Origin: Lingula anatina
Lineage: Eukaryota; Animalia; Brachiopoda
Direction: 5' to 3'
Length of the DNA: 64,000 nt
NCBI GenBank assembly: GCA_051362555.1
Contig: CM120642.1
Location: 17,422,001 to 17,486,000, forward strand
Shown: in pieces, positions 34,775 to 47,891 of the stretch
How the letters are laid out: the number at the start of each line of letters is the position of its first letter
How positions within the stretch are numbered: position 1 is the first letter of the stretch
Program-made: the position numbers and the translations under genes
The notes under the pieces: model-generated
Database searches by the model: none
Told to the model about the DNA's origin: nothing
Seen by the model: the letters and a program-made list of their open reading frames with translations, nothing else

Positions 34775-36469
34775 TTAACTCTATGATTTCACCAAACATC
34801 CAATAATTCAATTGTAATGCAGTTCTTGCAAATGTATTTTAAAATGCATTTCAGAAAAAAATTTAATGCGGAATATGTTTTTCTTGAAACAACCATTTTA
34901 GTACAATTATACTGTATGTGTACAATTTAACTTATGGTTGCAATTAAAATATTATTAATTTATTATTAAAATAGATGATCATGCAGTGACCATTACCCTG
35001 TATGTCTTTTAAAATATTTTTCAGTCAACTTGCGTTGTCATTTGTGCAACAACTGTCATGATGCACAAATGTCTTTTAAGATGGTTCACATAACAATAAA
35101 GCAGGTAAATCGGGTGCAGAAAATAAGAATACCCCGTCGAAAACCTTTCTTTTCAAAAATATCTAATTAAATTATAAACCTACTTTTGGGTTTCATTGCC
35201 GCAGGGGTAATTGCCACGTTGATACTCGGAGTTGTAGTGGCAAGAACCCCACAATTTATACCACTAAAACCCGGTGTAACACAAATGGAAGTCCGCTAGA
35301 AACTGTGGCCCACTACCCATTACATTTTACAGGTGACCCTGACCTGTACATATCATATGGGACCCCGGACTTCCTTTCCTAGGACTTCTATTCCTATCAC
35401 ATCGGCTGGCATAAATATGCACGTAAATATGTATCAGGACGTTTACAAATTCGCAAGCACGCATACATATACAGGCACAGTATGACAGTGATGTTCTCTC
35501 AATCGTACTCTGAGATGCAATATCTGCAGTATAAACACGCTGAATCACGGTGTATGTAGTTTTTGATACGAGTAGATACAATTTTTTGATACGAGTAGAC
35601 AGGTTCCCACGTTAGCCAGCATGTCGGGTCTTGGGTGAAGGCTTGCCTCCAAGAATGCTGTTTCTGAGAGCAGAGCACCGCTCTAGGCATGGGAATATAC
35701 CCCCTGTATGCCAGTGTAAAATATTCCTATATACTAAGTACCAGTACAATTGTCAGTAAAAAGTAACTCGTCTCGATGAATGTGCGTCTTTGTGTGTGCT
35801 CACGTGTGTGCGTGCGGTGTAAGTGTGGTTGTGAAATGCGCGTGCGTTTCTTTGTGTTTTCACGTTTTAGAAATAAAATGTCAAAAACGTGAAACATTTG
35901 CTCTAAATTTGAAATTTGGCAATCACACTGAAACAGTAAAAAATGTACATGATGATGCTATAATCATATACAATGTATTATTTGACTTTATTCAAACAAA
36001 TCATCTTTGTTCTGTGCCGTACAGGGAAAGTAGGACCCTATACCAAAGTATATGCACTTATCTTGTTTGTTATAAGTCACGTCCTGATAAGGATAGGTGA
36101 CACTTTCTCAACCCCACGTTGGTTTTTTTTTTTTTTTTTTTTTTTGTAAATAAGACTAATTTTATTTTATTTTCTCCATATTTTTTATTGCGATGGACTG
36201 CTCAAAAGCACAATAGCGCAGACGTACGTTCACAAATCCGCAATGACGCATGCAGATACATGCACCAAGTTCAGAACACGTTCAGAGAGTGAGAGGGGAG
36301 TATTGTGGTGGGGGAGAGAGAGGGAGAACGTGTAGGTTGAAAGGTCTGTTCTCGCAACCTTGCTTTGAGGTGTCATGGCTGCAGTATAAACACGCTGAGT
36401 CACGACTTCTCCATATTTAGATACGAGTACGTATATTAGACGGGCTTACTCGACAACTTGCACGTCAAA

Positions 36470-37182
36470 ATGGGTCTTGGACTACTGCACGTTTGTCTAC
36501 TAGTATGCTGTGTCCTGGGGCACTACATCGCACCAGGCACGGGCACTTACCCCCTATTTGGCAGCGGATACCCCTGGGGTAACTATGGTGGACTGAAAGG
36601 TAACCACACGTATTTTATGGTAACGCCTTTAAAGGCAGTGTAAGCTGTGATTGCTTACTGTGTTAAGCATCGTCGCGTAATGTTGTTTCTGGTACGGTGC
36701 ATGGACTCGTTACTTTAAATTGCAGAAGGAAGTGTTTTTTTAACATGTTCTTAAGTTAAATTACCACACGTGCAACAAAAGTCGTCATGAAATTGCATAA
36801 TGAAATGAGTATATTGTGTATGTAAAACAAATATGGCAACGGGATTACGAAACCATACGTCATTTCTAAAACTTACACTCCTTTACTGTTAAGGTTGCTC
36901 CGAGTTGAGGTTCAGCTCATCTAAAATATACCAGATTTACCATGTCGGAAGTTCCTGGACTTCGGCACAATGGTACTGCAGGAACATATTGGGTGGAAAC
37001 CTTGCCTATATTGGACCTAACATGTACCAAGAGCAGAGAGCCTTGAACAGTGCTTTGAAACAATATAGTGTCCAGAATGCCTGGATAACGAGTAATTTAC
37101 GGATTTCAAAGAGACACACCAACAGCAGCTATCCTTCTACTACATATGGGGTGTATCATCCAACCTACCAATGCCCCTCAAG
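36470..37182 (+). CDS. Duplicated exons 1-2 of gene B (36470-36599, 36894-37182), truncated copy B'
   Basis: Same as B exons 1-2 with the same promoter; downstream exons absent because the duplication ends at 37310. Confidence 0.75.
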
Positions 37183-37401
37183 GTATCATATTTTAAACGT
37201 TGAAGACATTTAGAATATACCTCTTGGAACAAATAAATCTCATGGTGTCCCATCCGGTACACATTATTTATCAAAACGAGATTAATTCTTCACTTAATCG
37301 TTGTACAAAAGTTTCCAGGTGATGTCTGTGGACAAGGGTTCGGGTTACAGAGGTCTGTATAGAAACGTGAAGTAGTGCGTACGTTAACGACCGTCTGTTA
37401 A

Positions 37402-40400
37402 GATACTTCATGGTATATTACCACTTCATGGGATAAATGCTCTGATTTTACTGTCAAATCGACTTCATAGGATAAATTGCGACTTCATCTCCACATAAGA
37501 TATTGCCTGCGACTTCATGGGATAATGGTGAAGAAGTACCTGTTGTTGGTCCAACGTTATGAGAGAGAACGTTTTTGAAATATAATGTTTTTGTACTGTA
37601 AATATTATCCAAAATAGGTAAACTGTACGTTTTAATTCACTTGTATGACTGAATAGGGTTTCTTTAGTGGTATTGGATGCATGTTTTGAGTAATTTTAAA
37701 ATACACAGGCGTATGTAGGTGAGGATCCAGTATTTCTAAAAATTAGTACATTATGGGAGATTATGATCAGCGTTGAAGAAATAGGGGGTCCAGACCCCCT
37801 GGGTCCTCCCCTCCCAGATCCGCTTGATACATAAAACTACTGGATCAGGTAAACCAGGCTATGAAAATATAATTTACGCGTAGGTTACTGGATTATAAGA
37901 TGGATAAATAAACAAATAGGAATCAATTATTAAAGATAAATAAACAGATAATAAAAAGAAGCAGAGAAGGTCTTGTATATAATCGTGCTCTACAATTATC
38001 TTGATCAAGTCGCATCCCACTCTGAAAAGACTAATTTTTCCATGAGGTAAGACACGCGCAAGTGTAATGATTTACGTCTGTCCCTTGGTTTCCCAGATGC
38101 TCTGTTCTGGTCCTACACCTGTGAATGTCCATCATGGTGTGATCAATGGTGTCCCCGAAATGTGCCCTTGGCGGGCTCTCATTTGACCCGAAAGTATTAT
38201 CTGCGGCACAGTCTGCATTTGAAAACCTGTAATAAGGCGTTCGGAGGGGGGGGGGGGGGAGGGTAGGCCTACTTGTTGTTTAGCAGCCTAATTAACGTAG
38301 TTGATCTGCCAGATCAACAGGCTTGTAGATTGATATTTATTCAGAATTGTGGTTGATTGTAATTGTGGTTGATTGTAATTTTTATATCGTAATTTCTGCT
38401 ATCTACCCGTAGACCTTTAGTAGTGGGACTTTGCAGTCCTTTGGGGGGGGGGGGGGGGTATATATTTTTTATATCGTTGTTACTGGTATCCTCTATCCAT
38501 TAAAGTGAGGAACATGAGACGTTGGGGATATTTAAACTTGCCATTAGGGATGTGCACGTGTCCTTCGGATTTTTGATGACTTTGGTGACCTAGGGGCGGT
38601 TGATTATTATCTTTAAATTGTATTTTCTGCTATATACCCATAGGTCTTTAGGTTGAGGAAACTAAAATGTCGGGGTGTGCATAGGCAGGGTTTTTTTTGT
38701 GACCTGGGGTGTGGCTGTCCCTGGGGATGGTACACATATATATTACCGTAATTTATTTCATCTCCCATTAGACCATTCGAATTAGGAACATGAGTCTTTG
38801 GTGAATGGGTGGGCTACATTAGTGTGACTTGGGGTGTGGCCGTCCCTAGGGGGTGGAGTGATTAGTGGTTTGTCAGGCAATGAAGCTGATTCCATAGATT
38901 GCACTTAAGATTCCTTGCAGAGTTGGACCGACCCAGCTAGTACTACATCCTATGTGTGAATCTGATGGCGGTTTTCGAGTTAGGAAGGAAGGGGAAATGT
39001 AGAGAAAGCAGCAGACAGTACTAAATAACAGACCTTCAGTCGTATTCTTAAATATAGGTCAAGTAAATTAAAACCATTCAAGACCCCATACTCTCAGGAA
39101 TCCTAGGGTCCAAGTCCCATTGTTCTTTAACATAAAACACACATGTTAATTACTGGGAAATAATTACTTGGGAAATTAACATTTTGTTTTGTGTTAAGAC
39201 ACAACAGCAGTCAAACGCTAGGATTCCTGATAGAGTGTGTGGGGCCTTGAATTAGTTTTTAATTGGATTCCCTGACCTATATTTATGCATATGGCTGGAA
39301 GTCCATTTAGTTCTGTATGTGCTTCTGCTGTTCTCTACATTTCTCAAGGACCCTTGCACATTCATTAAAATGACTGGTTCATCAATCTCCGTTTCATGTT
39401 CCTTAAATTTTAAGGGTATAGATGGCAGAAATAAAGTTGTGAAAAACAGAATCAACCACCCCCCGGGATAGCCACACCTGAAATATCATACTAACATTCC
39501 CGGAAACCTATGCATATCCTCAATGGTAAGCTTATCAGCCCGGAAGGTTTCATGTTCCTAACTGTAATGGCGTAAGGGTAGAAGCACGAATAACGATGTA
39601 AAATTTAAAATCAACCTCCCCAGGGACGGCCACACCCAATGTCACAAAAACCCAGAAGGACCCATACACATCCCCAAAGACAGATTTTTCAGACCCCATA
39701 GCCTTACGTTCCCAGCTTTATTGGTCTTAAGGATAGATATAGCAAGAATAACAATGTCAATTAGACTCACCCCCCCCAGCCCCCCCCCCCAAAAAAAAAA
39801 AAAAATCCCAAGTGCCCTTCCACATTCAAAATAGTATGTAGCCACGTTTCATGTTCCTAGCATAAAATCCGATGTAAAAATTAGAATAGACCACCCCCAG
39901 GGTCGACCACACCCCAAGTCACAATTGAATTCCGAAGAGCCTTTGCAAATTCCTATAATGATAGGTTTATTAATCCCCGACGTACCTGTATCAAGTTCTT
40001 ATCTATGATGGTTTAGGAAGTAACAATGTGAAATAGATTATGTATGTATAGAATGAATTGTCCACCACAGGGAAAGCTTGACCAATGTAAGCGTACCTAG
40101 CCGAGACAACCCCGTCCCCATTCCAATTTTACCTCTATAGAACTTCACACTAGCTATTTATTGACTATGAAAAAATTCTGGTTGCAAAATGCCTTCCGGT
40201 TGAAAAATTCGTTTTCACGATTTTCTTTGGTTGCAAAATGCGTTGCAGTTGCAAAATGCGGATCAACACCACTTTTATGAATCCCCAGTATTTCATTCTC
40301 CCCAACATCTATCTGGACAGTTGACCGTTTCAAATCATTCAGATTTCAGACTTTCCGACCTAAGCGTTTTCATTAAGTATATAGGCCAGGAGGTCAATCT

Positions 40401-41277
40401 TTTTAAACGACCGAGATATTTTCGAAACGTTTATGGTGCATATCAATAGAAAAGCCTATTTTTACAGCTTGTTATTGCAAGTCCTAACATTTATGTCATA
40501 GTTACAAAAGAGATAAATCTATAACACGAATAAGGGAATAGACGGTTTGTTAAAGATATTAATGTACACCTAGTGTGGAGCAAAGCCTAGTAGAGTTCTC
40601 TACCTACAGTGGAAAGACATACATTCTTGCTACTGTGTACTAGCCACATCTATAAACCTGCGCCGTCAATCAAACCACACATGGTCAGTTTTATGCCCTA
40701 GTTTAAAGGCAGGCAATGTGTTTATTTATACACTTCGTTTGTCTTATACATCTAGTGCCTTAGACCCGCCATGATTTAAGGTCCAAATATTGTTAGTTTT
40801 TAATCGTCCTGAAATCTGAAAAAAATCTCAAAACTAAATGGGTAAAACAAAAAACTAGCTTTATGCTTTCCGTCACTGGACCGGAGCTCTTGAAATAAAG
40901 TACATTATTTATAGAAGTTAATTTCACGGGTATCTACGAGAACATCTGAAAATAACAGCTTCATTAAACTCCAACGAGATAAAATACGCACTATCATGAG
41001 TAATGTTACTCCCCCCCCCCCCCCACACACACACACACCCCATTTCAAATACACGCGTCACGCTGGAAATCATGGTCTAGAATGAAACTTCATATCGACC
41101 TTTACGCCTAATTTCCACATCCAACCAGAACTGAAACATGTTTGGATACAATGTACCATGAAGTGGTAATATACTACGAAGTCTCCTAAGGGTCCTTATT
41201 TTTTAACCAATGAAGTCGCCTTCTATCATGAAGTAGTAATTCTTATCCTATGAAGTGGTAATATACCATGAAGTATC
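37402..41277. mobile_element. Non-autonomous TTAA-flanked TIR element, copy 2 (within the tandem duplication)
   Basis: Same TIRs and TSD as 30890-34774. Confidence 0.8.
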
Positions 41278-42887
41278 TTAACTCTATGATTTCACCAAAC
41301 ATCCAATAATTCAATTGTAATGCAGTTCTTGCAAATGTATTTTAAAATGCATTTCAGAAAAAAATTTAATGCGGAATATGTTTTTCTTGAAACAACCATT
41401 TTAGTACAATTATACTGTATGTGTACAATTTAACTTATGGTTGCAATTAAAATATTATTAATTTATTATTAAAATAGATGATCATGCAGTGACCATTACC
41501 CTGTATGTCTTTTAAAATATTTTTCAGTCAACTTGCGTTGTCATTTGTGCAACAACTGTCATGATGCACAAATGTCTTTTAAGATGGTTCACATAACAAT
41601 AAAGCAGGTAAATCGGGTGCAGAAAATAAGAATACCCCGTCGAAAACCTTTCTTTTCAAAAATATCTAATTAAATTATAAACCTACTTTTGGGTTTCATT
41701 GCCGCAGGGGTAATTGCCACGTTGATACTCGGAGTTGTAGTGGCAAGAACCCCACAATTTATACCACTAAAACCCGGTGTAACACAAATGGAAGTCCGCT
41801 AGAAACTGTGGCCCACTACCCATTACATTTTACAGGTGACCCTGACCTGTACATATCATATGGGACCCCGGACTTCCTTTCCTAGGACTTCTATTCCTAT
41901 CACATCGGCTGGCATAAATATGCACGTAAATATGTATCAGGACGTTTACAAATTCGCAAGCACGCATACATATACAGGCACAGTATGACAGTGATGTTCT
42001 CTCAATCGTACTCTGAGATGCAATATCTGCAGTATAAACACGCTGAATCACGGTGTATGTAGTTTTTGATACGAGTAGATACAATTTTTTGATACGAGTA
42101 GACAGGTTCCCACGTTAGCCAGCATGTCGGGTCTTGGGTGAAGGCTTGCCTCCAAGAATGCTGTTTCTGAGAGCAGAGCACCGCTCTAGGCATGGGAATA
42201 TACCCCCTGTGTGCCAGTGTAAAATATTCCTATATACTAAGTACCAGTACAATTGTCAGTAAAAAGTAACTCGTCTCGATGAATGTGCGTCTTTGTGTGT
42301 GCTCACGTGTGTGCGTGCGGTGTAAGTGTGGTTGTGAAATGCGCGTGCGTTTCTTTGTGTTTTCACGTTTTAGAAATAAAATGTCAAAAACGTGAAACAT
42401 TTGCTCTAAATTTGAAATTTGGCAATCACACTGAAACAGTAAAAAATGTACATGATGATGCTATAATCATATACAATGTATTATTTGACTTTATTCAAAC
42501 AAATCATCTTTGTTCTGTGCCGTACAGGGAAAGTAGGACCCTATACCAAAGTATATGCACTTATCTTGTTTGTTATAAGTCACGTCCTGATAAGGATAGG
42601 TGACACTTTCTCAACCCCACGTTGGTTTTTTTTTTTTTTTTTTTTTTTGTAAATAAGAATAATTTTATTTTATTTTCTCCATATTTTTTATTGCGATGGA
42701 CTGCTCAAAAGCACAATAGCGCAGACGTACGTTCACAAATCCGCAATGACGCATGCAGATACATGCACCAAGTTCAGAACACGTTCAGAGAGTGAGAGGG
42801 GAGTATTGTGGTGGGGGAGAGAGAGGGAGAACGTGTAGGTTGAAAGGTCTGTTCTCGCAACCTTGCTTTGAGGTGTCATGGCTGCAG

Positions 42888-42905
42888 TATAAACACGCTG
42901 AGTCA
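42888..42905 (+). promoter_or_regulatory. TATA box plus AP-1 site of gene B
   Basis: TATAAACACGCTGAGTCA 85 bp upstream of ATG 42973. Confidence 0.6.
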
Positions 42906-42972
42906 CGACTTCTCCATATTTAGATACGAGTACGTATATTAGACGGGCTTACTCGACAACTTGCACGTCAAA

Positions 42973-44203
42973 ATGGGTCTTGGACTACTGCACGTTTGTC
43001 TACTAGTATGCTGTGTCCTGGGGCACTACATCGCACCAGGCACGGGCACTTACCCCCTATTTGGCAGCGGATACCCCTGGGGTAACTATGGTGGACTGAA
43101 AGGTAACCACACGTATTTTATGGTAACGCCTTTAAAGGCAGTGTAAGCTGTGATTGCTTACTGTGTTAAGCATCGTCGCGTAATGTTGTTTCTGGTACGG
43201 TGCATGGACTCGTTACTTTAAATTGCAGAAGGAAGTGTTTTTTTAACATGTTCTTAAGTTAAATTACCACACGTGCAACAAAAGTCGTCATGAAATTGCA
43301 TAATGAAATGAGTATATTGTGTATGTAAAACAAATATGGCAACGGGATTACGAAACCATACGTCATTTCTAAAACTTACACTCCTTTACTGTTAAGGTTG
43401 CTCCGAGTTGAGGTTCAGCTCATCTAAAATATACCAGATTTACCATGTCGGAAGTTCCTGGACTTCGGCACAATGGTACTGCAGGAACATATTGGGTGGA
43501 AACCTTGCCTATATTGGACCTAACATGTACCAAGAGCAGAGAGCCTTGAACAGTGCTTTGAAACAATATAGTGTCCAGAATGCCTGGATAACGAGTAATT
43601 TACGGATTTCAAAGAGACACACCAACAGCAGCTATCCTTCTACTACATATGGGGTGTATCATCCAACCTACCAATGCCCCTCAAGGTATCATATTTTAAA
43701 CGTTGAAGACATTTAGAATATACCTCTTGGAACAAATAAATCTCATGGTGTCCCATCCGGTACACATTATTTATCAAAACGAGATTAATTCTTCACTTAA
43801 TCGTTGTACAAAAGTAAAACAGACTTAAGGCCCTCAAGATTTGGTATCCAGTTGTAAGTAACTCTAAAGTCCGGCGAAAACCGAGAATCTGCGTAGCCCA
43901 AACTTCTCCTTTCATTAGATTCAAACAAGTTAGATTTTCGCGTAACATGCAGTAAACGGGCCAAAATCTGGGATGGGACCTATACAAATCAATAGAGACC
44001 TGATCCTGTATCACAGTGGACTTTCTCGCACATGATACGGATTATAATGAAAGCTCTAGTCGTTAAGGTCAATTCGGGAACTTAAAGTGAGCAGCCAAAA
44101 CAATTACAGATTTTTAAATAAAAAGAAAACATTATCTAAGTCTAACGTTAATATACATTATTTCATATTCCAGGATACTATATGGACGCTACAAAAGAAC
44201 AGG

Positions 44204-44247
<44 letters not shown>

Positions 44248-44588
44248 AAAGTGCTCTTTTAAAATGATTAATCACTTGTACATGTAACGCCAAAAACGTA
44301 CTGATACATGTTACTAAGCCTAAATATGTTACATTTTACTAACTTTCTTACAAAATCTGTAGAGTCAGTTAACATGAAAATGACATGCATTATTACACTG
44401 CTGTTATGTATACATTTTATCATACACAGTGGGTATTACCAGCATAGGTGGTTGGTGCAGCAGTCTTGGCCTCAGTGTTTTCGGCACAGGTGCAATACGG
44501 TCACTGCCCTGTAATTGTGCACTACCCTACATTTGCGAGATAAAAACAGGTATACTGTACAGCAAATCTAAATTAATCAGTTTTATCA

Positions 44589-44632
<44 letters not shown>

Positions 44633-47600
44633 GAGAGAGAGAGAGAGAGAGGGGGGGGGGATAGGGCGCACGTCTGTCTATATTTATGATACACAGTGAG
44701 TGACCGTGTCTTTATTTACTTACATACAATTGTATTATTACTGGTTGGTGCAGCAGCCTCGTGTTATGCTTAGGTGCCAGGGTGTCTGTAGTGTAATTGC
44801 GCCCCGTATGTGTGAGTGTGTGTGTGTGTGTGTGCTCTTGTGCACGCATTCTAACCGAGGACACACACCCGCCCGAAACCCACTAACCGAGGACACACCT
44901 CCAACCGAGGACGTCCTCGGTTGACATAAGCAGTGGAATGCATAAAGGGGCCCATTTCAAGTTAGGTGGTGAAATTTGACGCTATTCTGAGCCAGTCCTC
45001 GGTTATGCTGTATAGCGCGGGCCAAATTCCCGCCACGAGTGTATCAGAAATACTGTCCAACTTTTTGTCTGAAATCGGGCTATACACACGCGTCCTCGGT
45101 TGTGCTGTAAAGGGCGGACCAAATTCCGCGTCCTCGGTTGTGCTGTAAAGGGCAGACTAAACTGAAACTAATGTTATATCTCAGATGTCTATATATTCAG
45201 TAAGTTCATATTTTTAAACTAAAGGTCTTTTTTATCAAATTAAGCTCTCCTACTCTGAAGTATCAAATAAACGTACCGGTACGTTAATTAATTTTCCAAA
45301 TTTCTTCCCGCCGGTACGCTCCATTTTCACCCAGTAGCCTACGCTTATTTATTTTTCAAAAATCTTCCACCCGGTATGTTTATTAAATACCTATTGTACC
45401 GGTGGGAAATTACACAAGTACAAGTCACGCTTTTTATTTTCTTAAATTGAAGTATAATGAGAAGAAAATCGAGATCTCAACTCATTACCTACTGTTCCAC
45501 AAACAGCACTGGAAAGTAGGTCAAGCGGAAGTCGCTCTCTGAACACAACAGTACATGCGTCACCTGATTTCAGTTTCTATAAATAGACGTGCTTTCCCTT
45601 CAGCAGTGACAACTACTCATGTATAGGCCTATCGATCGAATGATGCAATGTCGCAAGGTGATAGGATCATATTTATAGCTAAGGAGGTCATTTCAAGTGC
45701 AGCAAAGAAGTTGTGTCTGTTTTCAAACGTCAATTATTTCATGCCGATTTATGATTTAAACGATGTTAAATCACATTTCTATGTAAGATAAACCCTTAGG
45801 AGTTTACAGGTATGCAAAACGAACCTTATATCTGAGAATAAATTTACTAGTATGAACCGTATGGCTCTCGGAGGCGGCTTAGGTGCGATATATCTGGGTC
45901 TTCGGCCCCTGACAATTATGAAATTTAACTCATCCCGTTTTTAAGATAAATTTTAATACTGAGTGAATTTTACCTGGTGAATTTTTTTTTTTTTACAATG
46001 ATCAATAGCTAGCTTTTTATGTACAGACACAGATGTGTCTGTACATATAGCCGTCATCTGCGTCTGTCGTCGCCGTCGCTGTCGCCGTCGTCGCCGTCGC
46101 CGTGCACTTTTACCGATAACACGATAAGTGGAAAACTGTTTTTTCTTTTGGCTTGAAACTTACAGAACTGATGAATATTCGTAATACGCAGGTCAAGTTC
46201 GAAAATCAGCATGATCGGGGCACTTATAGGGAATTTATGCTGTTTTTTCACTTTTTTCAGCATATATGCAGCACCGATAACACGATAAGTGGAAAACCAT
46301 TTTACCTTTTGGTTTCAAACTTACAGAACTGATGAATATTCATAATACGCAGGTCAAGTTTGAAAATCAGCGTGATTGGGTCATTTTTAGGGAAGTAATG
46401 CTGTTTTTCACTTTTTTCAGCATGTATGCAACACCTTTGTGCTATATGATGGTACTGTATGGATGGCAGTCTATAAAATTGTCCCTTGGGTGATCACTAA
46501 TTAAATTAAGGTCTATAAAGTCACTTGCCTACTCATTAATTTTCAATTGGCCATTAAATGAGATTACATAAAACACTCGTTGAGATTTCCCTGTAAAGTC
46601 CCATAGGTTTAGCTCTCTTAACTGTGTCACAAAATTAGGATTTGGTGATAATTGTGCAGATAAATGGTGTTAAACATTGCAAATAAATTTACAACAACAA
46701 GAATGTGTTATGCCAACATGCTATAGATGAATAACAGTGCTTTATTTTTCTCAAACTTGGTGGGGTTATTAATATCAAGTTAATACAGCTAGATTAAAAG
46801 TTTGAATAGCAGCTTTATTGGAATTTTTTACGTTTTTTTTTAAATTTTTTTAAAAATTATTTTTCAAACACTAGCATCTTCAAGATGTGATTTTTTACTC
46901 CCACCCACCAGAAGTGCTGTGCATTTTCTGTATTTTTGTATATAATTGTTATTTCTTCAGATTTAATTCTTAGGCATGTTAACAGTCTCATTATGGAACT
47001 AATAAGATATGTAAAAGTGTTGTTTTGACATTTTCTGCTTCTTAACAATATTGTTGATTATATAAAAATGACGGTAAACCTGTTATAATATTGTGCATTG
47101 TGTAATAAAGTATCATAAATGGAAAGGAACTCATCATTGCAGTTTGTCAGATTTAATCATTCACTATGTTCAGCATCTGCAAATGGAGCAAATTGGACAT
47201 TGAAAATTGTTCTATTGATAGTTTTCCTATGTCAACAATTTTCCTAGTTGAACATTTAAAAATGACAGTTTATTGATCATTTTGTTTTAAAAAAGGTGTT
47301 GAAAATGGAAAGAAAATCATTTCAGTACAGTTATCTCTTGTTTACATTTTGGCATTTCGAAAGTGTGACTCTGAACTTCCATGGCCTTGAAGACCTTCCC
47401 AAATCACATTTTCTGAATATTCATGATACTTTTATTTTTTTTATAAAAAATTTGATGGTCATTATGCTGTTAAGCATTATGGTTTATTGCATGAAAGTTG
47501 ATGAAAACCCTATTTTGGACACTGCTGCCAGGATAGCGGTTAAGGGAAAACCATGTTACTTACGATACTGAAACTTACTGAAAAGTTTCATAAGACAGAA

Positions 47601-47822
47601 GTGCAGCTTGTGTTTGAAAACCAGTGTGATTGTTTTCTGTTTTTGAGGCAATGCAGGTTTATAGAGTGCTATACTGGCATTTTCAAGTCGTGACTTATCA
47701 CTCCCATCTGCCAGGAGCCCTGTACTCTTACTTTGTAACATTTTCTGTATTTTGTTAAGTTACAAGAATGATTCTTAGGATTGACATACAGCAAAAAAAA
47801 AAAAAAAATTAATAATAATAAT

Positions 47823-47891
<69 letters not shown>

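Larger units (their letters stand above)
30799..43813 (+). repeat. Near-identical tandem segmental duplication (30799-37310 and 37311-43813)
   Basis: Same ORFs recur at an offset of about 6.5 kb; junction ...ttgtacaaaa|gtttccaggtga with 2-bp GT microhomology; differences mostly homopolymer lengths. Confidence 0.95.
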
